Positions 19,694-28,947 of a stretch of 64,000 nt of DNA are shown one piece after another (position 1 is the first letter of the stretch; each line of letters begins with the position of its first letter). A program made the position numbers and the translations under genes. Origin of the DNA: Alphaproteobacteria bacterium (GTDB taxonomy: Bacteria > Pseudomonadota > Alphaproteobacteria > Rhodobacterales > Rhodobacteraceae); the NCBI GenBank assembly GCA_030432315.1, contig JAUIHM010000003.1, positions 1,895 to 65,894 on the forward strand, in the 5' to 3' direction. The notes under the pieces are model-generated. The model did no database searches, was not told the DNA's origin, and saw nothing but the letters and a program-made list of their open reading frames with translations.

Positions 19694-20854
19694 ATGCGGG
19701 TCATGGAGCACATTTCCGGTTTTGCCGATGAACTGACCGAAATCCGCCGAGATTTTCACCGCCATCCCGAGCTTGGCTTCGAGGAAATCAGGACATCCGG
19801 CATCGTCGCCAGTCTCCTGCGCGGTTGGGGCGTGGAGGTCACCACCGGGGTCGGACGCACAGGCGTCGTCGGCGTGATCGAAGGCAACCGCCCCGGGCGC
19901 CGGATCGGGCTGCGTGCGGACATGGATGCGCTGCCGATCCATGAACAGACGAATTTGCCCTGGGCGTCGCAACATCCGGGCGTGATGCATGCCTGCGGTC
20001 ACGACGGGCATACCACCATGCTGCTGGGCGCGGCGCGCTACCTGGCGGAGACGCGGGATTTTGCCGGGACGGCGGTGCTGATCTTTCAGCCTGCGGAGGA
20101 AGGTTTGGGCGGTGGCCGGGCAATGATCGCCGACGGTCTGTTCGAGCGGTTCCCCTGTGACGAAATCTACGGGATGCACAACTCACCGTACATGCCGCCG
20201 GGCGAGGTATCCGTGACGCCCGGCCCGGCGATGGCAGGCGCATATTTTTTTGATATCCGGGTGACCGGGCGGGGCAGCCATGCGGCGATGCCGGAAGCGG
20301 GGACCGATGCGCTTCTGATCGCCACCGGTATCGTTCAGCAGTTGCAGACGATTGTGTCGCGCAATGTCGCAGCCGCGGCGCGGGCGGTGGTTTCGGTAAC
20401 GCAGATTCATGCCGGTGCGGCATACAACGTCATACCGGAAACAGCGGAGATTGCCGGGACGATCCGGTATTTCGATGATTCCGTGGCGGATCTGGTGTGC
20501 GGGCGGATGCGGCAGATCTGTGCCGGCCTTGCGGCGGCGCATGGTGCGACCGTAGATGTGGACATCCGCAATGTCTTTGACGTGCTGATCAATGACCCGG
20601 TGCTGTCGGAGCAGATGATCGCCGCAGCCGGGCAGGTCGCCGGTGCGGACAGGGCAACGCTTGGTACGCGGCTGGCAATGGGTTCGGAAGACTTTGCCGA
20701 CATGCTGCGGGTGGTGCCGGGGGCCTACTGTACCGTCGGCCAGGCGGGCGACGTGCCGCTGCACAATCCGGGCTTTGTTCTTGATGACGGCATGCTTCCG
20801 CTCGGAGCAGCGGTGATGGCCCGGATGGTTGAGACGCGGGGCGGGGTGGCCTGA
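19694..20854 (+). CDS. M20 family amidohydrolase (hippurate hydrolase-like)
   Basis: HPELGFEE, RADMDALP, MHACGHDGH, FQPAEEG, GSEDF. Confidence 0.93.
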   Translation: MRVMEHISGFADELTEIRRDFHRHPELGFEEIRTSGIVASLLRGWGVEVTTGVGRTGVVGVIEGNRPGRRIGLRADMDALPIHEQTNLPWASQHPGVMHACGHDGHTTMLLGAARYLAETRDFAGTAVLIFQPAEEGLGGGRAMIADGLFERFPCDEIYGMHNSPYMPPGEVSVTPGPAMAGAYFFDIRVTGRGSHAAMPEAGTDALLIATGIVQQLQTIVSRNVAAAARAVVSVTQIHAGAAYNVIPETAEIAGTIRYFDDSVADLVCGRMRQICAGLAAAHGATVDVDIRNVFDVLINDPVLSEQMIAAAGQVAGADRATLGTRLAMGSEDFADMLRVVPGAYCTVGQAGDVPLHNPGFVLDDGMLPLGAAVMARMVETRGGVA

Positions 20855-20938
20855 TCGGGCGTCGGCCGGTCAGCAGGCCTGATCCGGCCGTCTGCATCGC
20901 TGAAGCCGGCACGGGCAGGCCCTGGTTTCGCAGTGGCC

Positions 20939-22048
20939 TCAGGCCGCCCTGGTCGGGCCTGGGCGCGTCGGAATTTCGAGCCGCACCCAGGCGACGATGA
21001 GTTCGTAAAACACCGCCAGCACAATCGGGCCGAGGAACAGGCCGAGCAGACCGTAGGTGACGGTGCCGCCGATGACACCGGTGAGGATGACCAGCATTGG
21101 CGTCTTCAGCCCCTTTGACATCACGAACGGCTTGATTGCGTTGTCCAACAGGCCGGCGGCAAACATCAGGACGGTGAAAACGATCGCGGCGCCGGTGCCC
21201 ATGGCGGTCCAGGCCCAGATGACGGTGCCGAGGACGATCAGCATCGGGCCGACCTGGATGATGCCGAGCACCATGGCGATGAAAGCGAGCAAGCCGGCGG
21301 CTGGGACATGGGCAACCATCATGACGATCCCCATCAGCAGGGCCTGAAACATCGAGATGCCGATCACCCCCTGGCTGACGTTGCGGATGGTGACGCCGGC
21401 CATGTCGACGAAACCGTCGCCGCGGTGGCCGGCGATTCGGGTGGCAAAGGCGCGGGCGCCGCGCACGAGTGAAGGGCCGGGCGCAAACAGCATTCCGGAG
21501 ATGATGACCGATACGGTGAAGGCGAGAATTCCGACGACGAACCCGGCGGCGGAGCCGAGCAGGATGCCGCCGGTTTGCAGAATCTGCCCGCCGTGTTCCC
21601 GCAGGATGACGGAGAAGTTGCCGGTGAGCGTCAGCCAGATTTTTTCGATCCAGGGGCCGATGACGGGAATTTCGGCAAGTTTTTCCTTCGGAACCGAAGT
21701 GAGCAGGGTGCGGTTCTGCGCGGCGTCGATCAGATGGTTGACCGAGTCGATCAGACTGGTCAGCAGCACCGCGGCGGGACCGAAAATCACCAGCAGGCCG
21801 ATGATGGTGATGAGCAGCGCCGCCAGCCGACCGCGCCCGCCCAGCCGGTCCCGCAACCAGGTATAGGTGGGATAAAGCGCCACGGTCAGGATGATCGCCC
21901 AGACGACGACCAGGGCAAACGGGGCTACAAGCGAAAGCGACAGCCAGGCGAACAGGCCGACCACCCCGAGCCGGATTGCCACGTCGACGGCAATCTGGTC
22001 GGGGGTGCGGGGCAGATCGGGCGCGGCAGGGGAATCGGGGCTGGACAA
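20939..22048 (-). CDS. AI-2E family transporter
   Basis: Multi-TM protein with DNAIKP and GLLGLFLGP motifs. Confidence 0.88.
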   Translation of the reverse strand: MSSPDSPAAPDLPRTPDQIAVDVAIRLGVVGLFAWLSLSLVAPFALVVVWAIILTVALYPTYTWLRDRLGGRGRLAALLITIIGLLVIFGPAAVLLTSLIDSVNHLIDAAQNRTLLTSVPKEKLAEIPVIGPWIEKIWLTLTGNFSVILREHGGQILQTGGILLGSAAGFVVGILAFTVSVIISGMLFAPGPSLVRGARAFATRIAGHRGDGFVDMAGVTIRNVSQGVIGISMFQALLMGIVMMVAHVPAAGLLAFIAMVLGIIQVGPMLIVLGTVIWAWTAMGTGAAIVFTVLMFAAGLLDNAIKPFVMSKGLKTPMLVILTGVIGGTVTYGLLGLFLGPIVLAVFYELIVAWVRLEIPTRPGPTRAA

Positions 22049-22146
22049 GACAAATCTCCGGTGGGCGGGTGTCGATCCATCCTTGTTGCATAAACGGAAA
22101 CCTGGGGCTACGCGGAGATGCGGTGCAGATATCCGGGGAACGGTGC

Positions 22147-22323
22147 ATGTTGCGGTTTGTCTTCGTTTTTGTCGCGCTGACGGCGGTGGTGGCGCTTGTC
22201 AGTCGGCGGCCGGGGCCGCGGCGGGTGTTCTACGCGACCGCGGCGCTGATGGTGATATATACGGTGCTGAAGCTGACCGGCGTCGTCGATGCGTTGGCGC
22301 CGGCGCCGTCGGGGTGGAACTGA
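22147..22323 (+). CDS. Small two-helix membrane protein (58 aa), hypothetical
   Basis: MLRFVFVFVALTAVVALVSRR...YTVLKLTGVV; GGGGA RBS; fills the gap before the GFA gene. Confidence 0.6.
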   Translation: MLRFVFVFVALTAVVALVSRRPGPRRVFYATAALMVIYTVLKLTGVVDALAPAPSGWN

Positions 22324-22351
22324 GGGAAAGCGGGGCGTGGGAGACGGGACA

Positions 22352-22750
22352 ATGACGGTTTACCAGGGATCGTGCCACTGTGGCCGGGTGCGGTTTGAGA
22401 TCGAGACGGAGATCGACCGGCTGACCCGGTGCGACTGTTCGCTCTGCCGCAAAAAGAATGCACTGATGACGGAGGTGCATGAGAGCGGCTTCAGGCTGCT
22501 GTCGGAACCCGCAGACGTGTCGGAATACCGCTGGAACACCGGTGTGGCGCGGCACTTTTTCTGTCCGGTGTGCGGGATCTATACATTTCACAAAAAACGG
22601 TCGAAGCCCGATCATTACGGGGTCAACGTGATGTGCCTTGACGGCTTCGATCCGTTTTCGGTTCCCGTGGATGCGGCGGTGGGGCGGCAAATGTCGGTCC
22701 GGAAGGATGGGGCCCGGCCGGAGTGGCCAGGCCCCCGCGACCGCGCGTGA
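22352..22750 (+). CDS. GFA family (CENP-V-like) Zn-binding protein
   Basis: GSCHCG, CDCSLC, FCPVCG. Confidence 0.92.
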   Translation: MTVYQGSCHCGRVRFEIETEIDRLTRCDCSLCRKKNALMTEVHESGFRLLSEPADVSEYRWNTGVARHFFCPVCGIYTFHKKRSKPDHYGVNVMCLDGFDPFSVPVDAAVGRQMSVRKDGARPEWPGPRDRA

Positions 22751-22886
22751 ACCGGCGGCGACGGTCATTTACCATTTTGCACAATTTACGTTCACTTTTG
22801 ATGGATATTCGTGTGATCCTTGCACAGGGTTCCACTCCGGTTTCCGGATGAACCCGTTGCAACCCCGAGTGCCGGAAGTGTGTGAA

Positions 22887-23870
22887 ATGAAAAGAACAAC
22901 AGTAATTCTAGCTACTGCCGCCGCGATCGGGCTGCCGGGCGCGGCTTCTGCGACGGCGCTGAATGCGTGGGAACTGCTGAACCAGTTCAATGTGATAACG
23001 ACAGGCGATCTCGACACCAACCAGGACATCGAGGGCCGGGCCTATGTGGGCGGCAATCTGTCCGGAGGGGCAAAACAGGTCAACAGCATGGGTACGGCCC
23101 CTGCTTCGCAGTTCGACCATCTGGTCGTGGTCGGGAATGTGACCGGCGGCAACCTCAACCTCAACAATGGCGGCAATGCGACCGTCGGCGGCGATGTCAC
23201 CAACAGCGTCTTCGAACTGAACGGCGGCGGAACCCTCAGGGTCGGCGGGTCGCTGACGGCGGTGGCGAATCAGGGCACCAAGCTGACCGGCCAGGCCGTC
23301 GCCGATCCCAACTTCTCCGACCGCTTCCCGATGAACGTGGCCGGGGCTCTGGCATCGGGGTCGGCGTATTTTTCCGGTCTGGGCGGATCGGCGGCGACCG
23401 TTTCCGGCAACAAACTGATCTTCAACCAGGCTGCATCGGGTGGCGAGACCGTTTACAACATCGATTTCTCGGTGTTTTCCGGCATCGGTGAGATCGAGCT
23501 CGATCTGGCAGGCGCCGATTCGGTGGTCATCAACGTGACCGGCACCGGCGGCGTTCTGGATGACAACTTCCTTGGCGGGCCGTTTGCTGCAGCGTCCAAG
23601 GTGCTGTGGAACTTCTCCGAAGCGACGTCGCTCGAACTGCAGCGGCAGTTTTTCGGCTCGATCCTTGCGCCGCTTGCGAACGTGACCAACGCGACGCCGA
23701 TCGAAGGATCGCTGGCGGCCGCTTCGGCGGTGCTGCGCGGGGAGATGCATCTTCAGCCCTATGACCCGCCGGCGCCGGCGCCGGTGCCTCTGCCGGCTGC
23801 GCTTCCAATGCTGCTGGGCGGGTTTGCCGCACTCGGGATGATCGGCCGCAGGCGCCGCACCCGGAGCTGA
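22887..23870 (+). CDS. Choice-of-anchor A domain protein with VPLPA-CTERM sorting signal
   Basis: Signal peptide, DIEGRAYVGG, VLWNF...GSILAP...EMH, C-terminal VPLPAALPMLLGGFAALGMIGRRRR. Confidence 0.88.
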   Translation: MKRTTVILATAAAIGLPGAASATALNAWELLNQFNVITTGDLDTNQDIEGRAYVGGNLSGGAKQVNSMGTAPASQFDHLVVVGNVTGGNLNLNNGGNATVGGDVTNSVFELNGGGTLRVGGSLTAVANQGTKLTGQAVADPNFSDRFPMNVAGALASGSAYFSGLGGSAATVSGNKLIFNQAASGGETVYNIDFSVFSGIGEIELDLAGADSVVINVTGTGGVLDDNFLGGPFAAASKVLWNFSEATSLELQRQFFGSILAPLANVTNATPIEGSLAAASAVLRGEMHLQPYDPPAPAPVPLPAALPMLLGGFAALGMIGRRRRTRS

Positions 23871-23918
23871 GGCAACCGATCCGGTTCCCGCAAATAGGGG
23901 CAACCGGCACCCTTCAGC

Positions 23919-23957
23919 AGGGGCCGCCACCTTGGGGAGGGGAGGCGGCCCCTTTTT
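23919..23957 (+). terminator. Intrinsic terminator after the VPLPA-CTERM gene
   Basis: AGGGGCCGCC/GGCGGCCCCT stem followed by TTTT. Confidence 0.75.
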
Positions 23958-24151
23958 GTGCGCGCAGGCGGCAATAAGTGGGGTATTATAATACCTTATT
24001 TTTAAGGGCCTGATTTTAAACGTATAAATAAGACATGTTGCAATTGACCTCTGCGGCAGAGTCGCTACAAGACAGGCTCGTTCGGAATCGGGCTGACGGG
24101 GTGATCCCGCAGGTTCGGCCCGGACCCGAGACAGCAGGACGTACCAGAGAC

Positions 24152-24616
24152 ATGAAAACCTTTTCGGCGAAACCGTCAGATATCGACAAGAAATGGGTCA
24201 TCATCGATGCCGAGGGCATCGTGCTTGGCCGTCTTGCGACGCATGTGGCGATGCGCCTTCGTGGCAAGCACAAGGCGACCTTCACTCCGCACATGGATAT
24301 GGGTGACAACGTCATCATCATCAATGCGGACAAAGTTCAGATGACCGGCAACAAGCGTGCCGACAAGAAATACTACTGGCACACCGGGCACCCGGGCGGC
24401 ATCAAGCACCGCACCGCCGGCCAGATTCTCGAGGGCAAACATCCCGAGCGCGTTGTGCTCAAGGCCGTTGAGCGCATGCTGCCCGGCGGCCCGCTGAGCC
24501 GCAAGCAGATGTCAAACCTGCGCGTCTATGCAGGTGCCGAGCATCCGCATGAAGCCCAGTCCCCCGAGGTGATCGACATCGCCGCGATGAACCCCAAGAA
24601 CACCCGGAGCGCATAA
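24152..24616 (+). CDS. rplM: 50S ribosomal protein L13
   Basis: [35 protein letters not shown]. Confidence 0.99.
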   Translation: MKTFSAKPSDIDKKWVIIDAEGIVLGRLATHVAMRLRGKHKATFTPHMDMGDNVIIINADKVQMTGNKRADKKYYWHTGHPGGIKHRTAGQILEGKHPERVVLKAVERMLPGGPLSRKQMSNLRVYAGAEHPHEAQSPEVIDIAAMNPKNTRSA

Positions 24617-24618
24617 AA

Positions 24619-25101
24619 ATGGCTGAACTTTCCTCGCTCTCTGAGCTTCAGGACGCCGTTGCAGATGCACCGGCCGCAAACACCGGTCCCACCTATGAGC
24701 GGGTCCGCGACGAACTCGGCCGCTCCTACGCGACCGGCAAGCGCAAGGACGCGGTCGCCCGCGTCTGGATCCGTCCCGGGTCCGGCAAAGTGACCGTCAA
24801 CGGCAAACCGATGAACGAGTATTTTGCCCGAGGCGTGCTGCAGATGGTGATCGGCCAGGCGTTTTCGGTGGCGAATGTTTCCGGCCAGTTCGACGTGATG
24901 GCGACAGTCAAGGGCGGCGGTCTTTCCGGTCAGGCCGGTGCGGTCAAGCACGGCATCAGCAAGGCGCTGACGCTCTATGAACCGAGCCTGCGTCCGGCGC
25001 TGAAGGCGGCCGGGTTCCTGACCCGTGACAGCCGGGTGGTCGAGCGCAAGAAATACGGCAAGCGGAAGGCGCGCCGGAGCTTCCAGTTCTCCAAGCGCTG
25101 A
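24619..25101 (+). CDS. rpsI: 30S ribosomal protein S9
   Basis: [29 protein letters not shown]. Confidence 0.99.
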   Translation: MAELSSLSELQDAVADAPAANTGPTYERVRDELGRSYATGKRKDAVARVWIRPGSGKVTVNGKPMNEYFARGVLQMVIGQAFSVANVSGQFDVMATVKGGGLSGQAGAVKHGISKALTLYEPSLRPALKAAGFLTRDSRVVERKKYGKRKARRSFQFSKR

Positions 25102-25130
25102 TTTTCGGGCCTTTTGCCCTGTTGCATGCG

Positions 25131-25162
25131 AAAGCGCGGCCCGTCGGAGCCGCGCTTTTTTT
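25131..25162 (+). terminator. Intrinsic terminator of rplM-rpsI
   Basis: AAAGCGCGGC/GCCGCGCTTT stem plus T tract. Confidence 0.85.
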
Positions 25163-25178
25163 GCGTCTGATGCGCGGA

Positions 25179-27191
25179 TCAGTTGGTCACGGCGGAGCGG
25201 TGCCCGACGATCACCTGCAGACGGTCGACAATCGAGGGCACGATCAGGCGGGCGCCCGCATTGCTCAGGTGGTCATCGTCGACATAGAAAACCTGGCCGT
25301 GGATCACGTTGACACAGCGGTCGGCAAGAAAGCTGTTGCAGAGAATGTCGGCCGGGCGGACCCGGTGGAGACCGGGCGCCTCCAGTGCATCAAGGGCGGA
25401 AATCACCGCAAGGTTGCGCGTCTGGTAGGCGGAAAACGCGGTGGAGATGCTGAGGTCGGAAATGCGGCGCACATGTGGCGCCAGCTTTACCGCCCGTTCG
25501 GGCACGTTCCAGCCCGCCTCCGGTGAGGGATAGACCAGCACGACGGGAATATCGCGGTCGAGCCAGCCGCGTACCCCGTCGGTAAACCTGGTCAGCAGCG
25601 CGTCGCGGTAGCCGGGAGAACCGGGATGGGCGCTGCCGATCTGAAACGGATGGATCACGCCGGTTTCCACGCCGCCTTCGCCGTTGTCGAAACGGGAAAA
25701 CTCCGCATTTGAGGTCCAGCGGATCGACAGGACGATGGCATCGACCGCGGCGGAGTCGAGATATTCCGAAACGTCCCGATGGAACCGGCGACAGTCGTAG
25801 CTGGCGGTGACGAGGTCGGCGAAGGGCGGGCAGGAATTTACCGTGAACTGGGTGAAGCGGAAGCCATGGTTGTCGGCGGCTTCGCGCAGGGCCTGAGCCA
25901 GATGGTCGGCATGGCTGTCGCCAAGCAGAAGCACACGAAACCCCTCCCGGGGTCCGGCGCTGCACCGGTCGAGGGCCGTGGCCACGGAAAATCCGCTGGC
26001 ATCCGGCAGACAGTCCCCGACCCGGTCATTGCGGTCTGCACCGGCAGCCGCGAGCGCCAGAATCGCCGGATCGAAACGGCCGGGCAGGCCGTTTCCGGCG
26101 AAGCCGGCCACGCCAAAGCCGATGAAGCAGGCGGCGGCGGTGCCGGAGGCAAGAAACACCTGGCGCTGCCGGCGCAGCAACGGCCGAGGGCCGGTGCGAA
26201 ACGGACGTTCGATAAAGCGCCAGCTCACCCATGCGATGGCGAACGTGGCGATGGCGAGCGTCATCATCAGACCGGGGCCGGGTGAATCGAGACGGCCGAC
26301 CCGGGCAAAGGCAAACAGTGGCTGGTGCCACAGATAGGCGCTGTAGCTGATCAGTCCGATCAGGACCATCGGCCGCCAGGACAGCAGCCGGGCGACCAGG
26401 GTGCCGCATTGGCCGTAGAGCAGAATCAGGGCGGTTCCAAGGACCGGCACCGTGGTCCAGAGCGAGGGCGTTGGGGTGTTTTCGCTGAACAGCAGCAGCC
26501 CGGCGAGGATCAGCACGAGGCCGATTGCCGACTGCAGGTTTCCGGCGCGTGGCGCGGAACGGTGATGGATCAGGGCGCAGATCGAGCCGGCGAGCAGTTC
26601 CCAGGCACGGCTCGGGGCGAGATAGAAGTTTGCGGTCGGGTCAGTACGCCAGCCGATTTCGGCGAGGGCGAGGCTGAGCGAGGCGAGCGCCACCAGGCTC
26701 CAGAAAACCGGGTTGCGTCCAAAGCGCCACAGGATCAGCAGCAGCAGCGGGAACAGGATGTAGTACTGTTCCTCGACCGCGAGGCTCCAGGTGTGCAGCA
26801 GGGGCTTTTGCTCGGCGGCGGTGGCGAAGTAGCCGCTTTCCCTCCAGAACAGGAAGTTCGACGCGAAGAGACTGACGGCGACGAGGCTTTGGGCGAAGTC
26901 GCGAAACTGGCCGGGCAGCATCCACGCCCAGGCGAAGGGGATGCAGGCCAGCATCACCGCGAACAGCGCCGGCAGGATGCGGCGGGCCCGGCGCTCGTAG
27001 AATTTGACAACGGAAAAGCTGCCACTTTCGAGATCATCCAGAATGATTCGGGTGATCAGGTAGCCGGAAATGACAAAGAAGATGTCGACGCCGACAAAGC
27101 CGCCGCGAAACATTTCGAAGCCGGCGTGAAACAGGATGACGGGCACCACCGCGATTGTACGCAGACCGTCGATTTCGCTTCGATAGTTTAT
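25179..27191 (-). CDS. Acyltransferase-3 + SGNH fusion (OafA/YrhL-like O-acetyltransferase)
   Basis: YRSEIDGLR, GVDIFFVISG, HTWSLAVEEQYY, GDSHA and DDDHLS SGNH motifs; start ambiguous (ATA 27191 or TTG 27266). Confidence 0.9.
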   Translation of the reverse strand: MNYRSEIDGLRTIAVVPVILFHAGFEMFRGGFVGVDIFFVISGYLITRIILDDLESGSFSVVKFYERRARRILPALFAVMLACIPFAWAWMLPGQFRDFAQSLVAVSLFASNFLFWRESGYFATAAEQKPLLHTWSLAVEEQYYILFPLLLLILWRFGRNPVFWSLVALASLSLALAEIGWRTDPTANFYLAPSRAWELLAGSICALIHHRSAPRAGNLQSAIGLVLILAGLLLFSENTPTPSLWTTVPVLGTALILLYGQCGTLVARLLSWRPMVLIGLISYSAYLWHQPLFAFARVGRLDSPGPGLMMTLAIATFAIAWVSWRFIERPFRTGPRPLLRRQRQVFLASGTAAACFIGFGVAGFAGNGLPGRFDPAILALAAAGADRNDRVGDCLPDASGFSVATALDRCSAGPREGFRVLLLGDSHADHLAQALREAADNHGFRFTQFTVNSCPPFADLVTASYDCRRFHRDVSEYLDSAAVDAIVLSIRWTSNAEFSRFDNGEGGVETGVIHPFQIGSAHPGSPGYRDALLTRFTDGVRGWLDRDIPVVLVYPSPEAGWNVPERAVKLAPHVRRISDLSISTAFSAYQTRNLAVISALDALEAPGLHRVRPADILCNSFLADRCVNVIHGQVFYVDDDHLSNAGARLIVPSIVDRLQVIVGHRSAVTN

Positions 27192-27427
27192 GCGTCCCTC
27201 CGCGAAAACGCTGACCCGGAGGGCCGGAGCGTGTGATTGGAAGGGCAAGATTTTAACATCCCCCAAACGGGCAGACGGAATTCAGGCGGATGATGCAGGG
27301 ATGCCCTGCCGGCGGCGCCGCCGGTGAGCTGTGTGAAATCGAAGATCGCCGTGACGGGCGAGGCGGAACCGGCTGTCGCAGGCGAAGGGTGCCGCCGCTA
27401 CCGGTCGAGGCAGAAGGGCAATTTTGG

Positions 27428-28831
27428 TCAGGGCAGGAAAATCTTGCCGGGGTTCATGATGCCTTTGGGGTCAAGGGCGTTCTTGATGATAATCATGAAG
27501 TCGACGCTGTCGCCGAGTTCGCCGCGCAGGTAGGGGATTTTTCCCTGGCCGATGCCGTGTTCGCCGGTGCAGGTGCCGCCCATGGCGATCGCGCGTTCAT
27601 TGAGCCGGCCGATGAAGGCTTCGGTGCGGCGGATCTCGTCGGCGTTTGACATGTCGACCATCGGGCTGACGTGGAAATTGCCGTCGCCGACGTGTCCGAC
27701 GATGGTGGTGGGCAGGTCGAGGGTTTCGATCTCCCGTTGCGTTTCGGTGACGCAGTCGGCGAGGCGGGAGATCGGCACGCAGACATCGGTGACATAGGGG
27801 CGGGCGCCGGGGCGGATGGTCAGCGAGGCGAAATAGGCGTCGTGCCGGGCTTTCCACAGCCGGTTGCGTTCCTCGGTGTTGGCGGTCCAGTGAAAGCCGG
27901 TGCCGTTGTGATCGGCGGCGATCTCACCGAAGGCCTCCGCCTGTTCGGCGACGGAGGCTTCGGTGCCATGGAATTCGAGCAGCAGCAGCGGTGTTACCGG
28001 CAGGGAAAGTTTGGAGTAGCTGTTGACCGCGCGGATCATGGTTTCGTCGAGAAACTCGATGCGGGCGACGGGGATGCCCATCTGGATCGTGGTGATCACT
28101 GCTTCGCAGGCGGAGCGGATGTCGCTGAAGCTGCAGGTGGCGGCGGAGATGGCTTCGGGAATGCCGTGCAGTTTCAGGGTCAGGCCGGTGATGACGCCGA
28201 GCGTGCCTTCGGCACCGACCAGCAGGCGGGTGAGGTCGTATCCGGCCGAGGTCTTTTTCGCGCGGGAGGCTGTGGTGATGATGCGGCCGTCGGGCATGAC
28301 GGCCTCGAGTGACAGGACATTGTCCTTCATCGTGCCGTAGCGCACGGCGTTGGTGCCGGAGGCGCGGGTGGCGGCCATGCCGCCGAGGCTGGCATTGGCG
28401 CCAGGGTCGATCGGAAAGAACAGGCCCTGGTCGCGCAGGTGGGAGTTCAGCGCCTCGCGGGTCACACCGGGTTCGATGACGCAGTCGAGATCCGCGGCAT
28501 GGACGGCGAGAATCCGGTCCATCCGGCTGAGGTCGATGCTGATGCCGCCGGACGGGGCGTTGAGTTGGCCTTCGAGCGAGGTGCCGGTTCCGTACGGAAT
28601 GACCGGGACGCCCTGATCGGCGCAGACGCGGACCACAGTGGCGACGTCCTCGGTTGAGCTGGCGAAAACCACCGCATCGGGTGGCTGGTTGGGAATGTGG
28701 GTCGTGGTGTGGCCGTGCTGTTCACGGATGGCGGTGCCGGTCTGGAAGCGGTCGCCGAACCGCTGTTTCAGGATCCCGGCGGCAACGGCGAGGCCGGTCT
28801 CATTTCGGGCGGGCGTACTGGGGTCGGACAT
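27428..28831 (-). CDS. FAD-linked oxidase (D-lactate dehydrogenase/GlcD-like)
   Basis: GTGTSLEG, DPGANASLGGM, GHVGDGNFH, GEHGIG, MNPGK. Confidence 0.92.
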   Translation of the reverse strand: MSDPSTPARNETGLAVAAGILKQRFGDRFQTGTAIREQHGHTTTHIPNQPPDAVVFASSTEDVATVVRVCADQGVPVIPYGTGTSLEGQLNAPSGGISIDLSRMDRILAVHAADLDCVIEPGVTREALNSHLRDQGLFFPIDPGANASLGGMAATRASGTNAVRYGTMKDNVLSLEAVMPDGRIITTASRAKKTSAGYDLTRLLVGAEGTLGVITGLTLKLHGIPEAISAATCSFSDIRSACEAVITTIQMGIPVARIEFLDETMIRAVNSYSKLSLPVTPLLLLEFHGTEASVAEQAEAFGEIAADHNGTGFHWTANTEERNRLWKARHDAYFASLTIRPGARPYVTDVCVPISRLADCVTETQREIETLDLPTTIVGHVGDGNFHVSPMVDMSNADEIRRTEAFIGRLNERAIAMGGTCTGEHGIGQGKIPYLRGELGDSVDFMIIIKNALDPKGIMNPGKIFLP

Positions 28832-28891
28832 CTGGAATTGCCTTGTGCTGTCGGGCGGTCAGTTGGGCACGGCTGCGGCCGGAATGCAATG

Positions 28892-28915
28892 CGGGCACCC
28901 GTTTCCGGGTGCCCG
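28892..28915. terminator. Hairpin downstream of hemY
   Basis: CGGGCACCCG-TTTC-CGGGTGCCCG. Confidence 0.55.
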
Positions 28916-28947
28916 TCCGTTTTTCCGGTCCGATCCGTCGGCGGAGG

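Noticed and set aside
23972-24035. dif site
   Set aside because: AT-rich and palindromic, but lacks the XerD arm (TTATG..A) and the 11-6-11 layout
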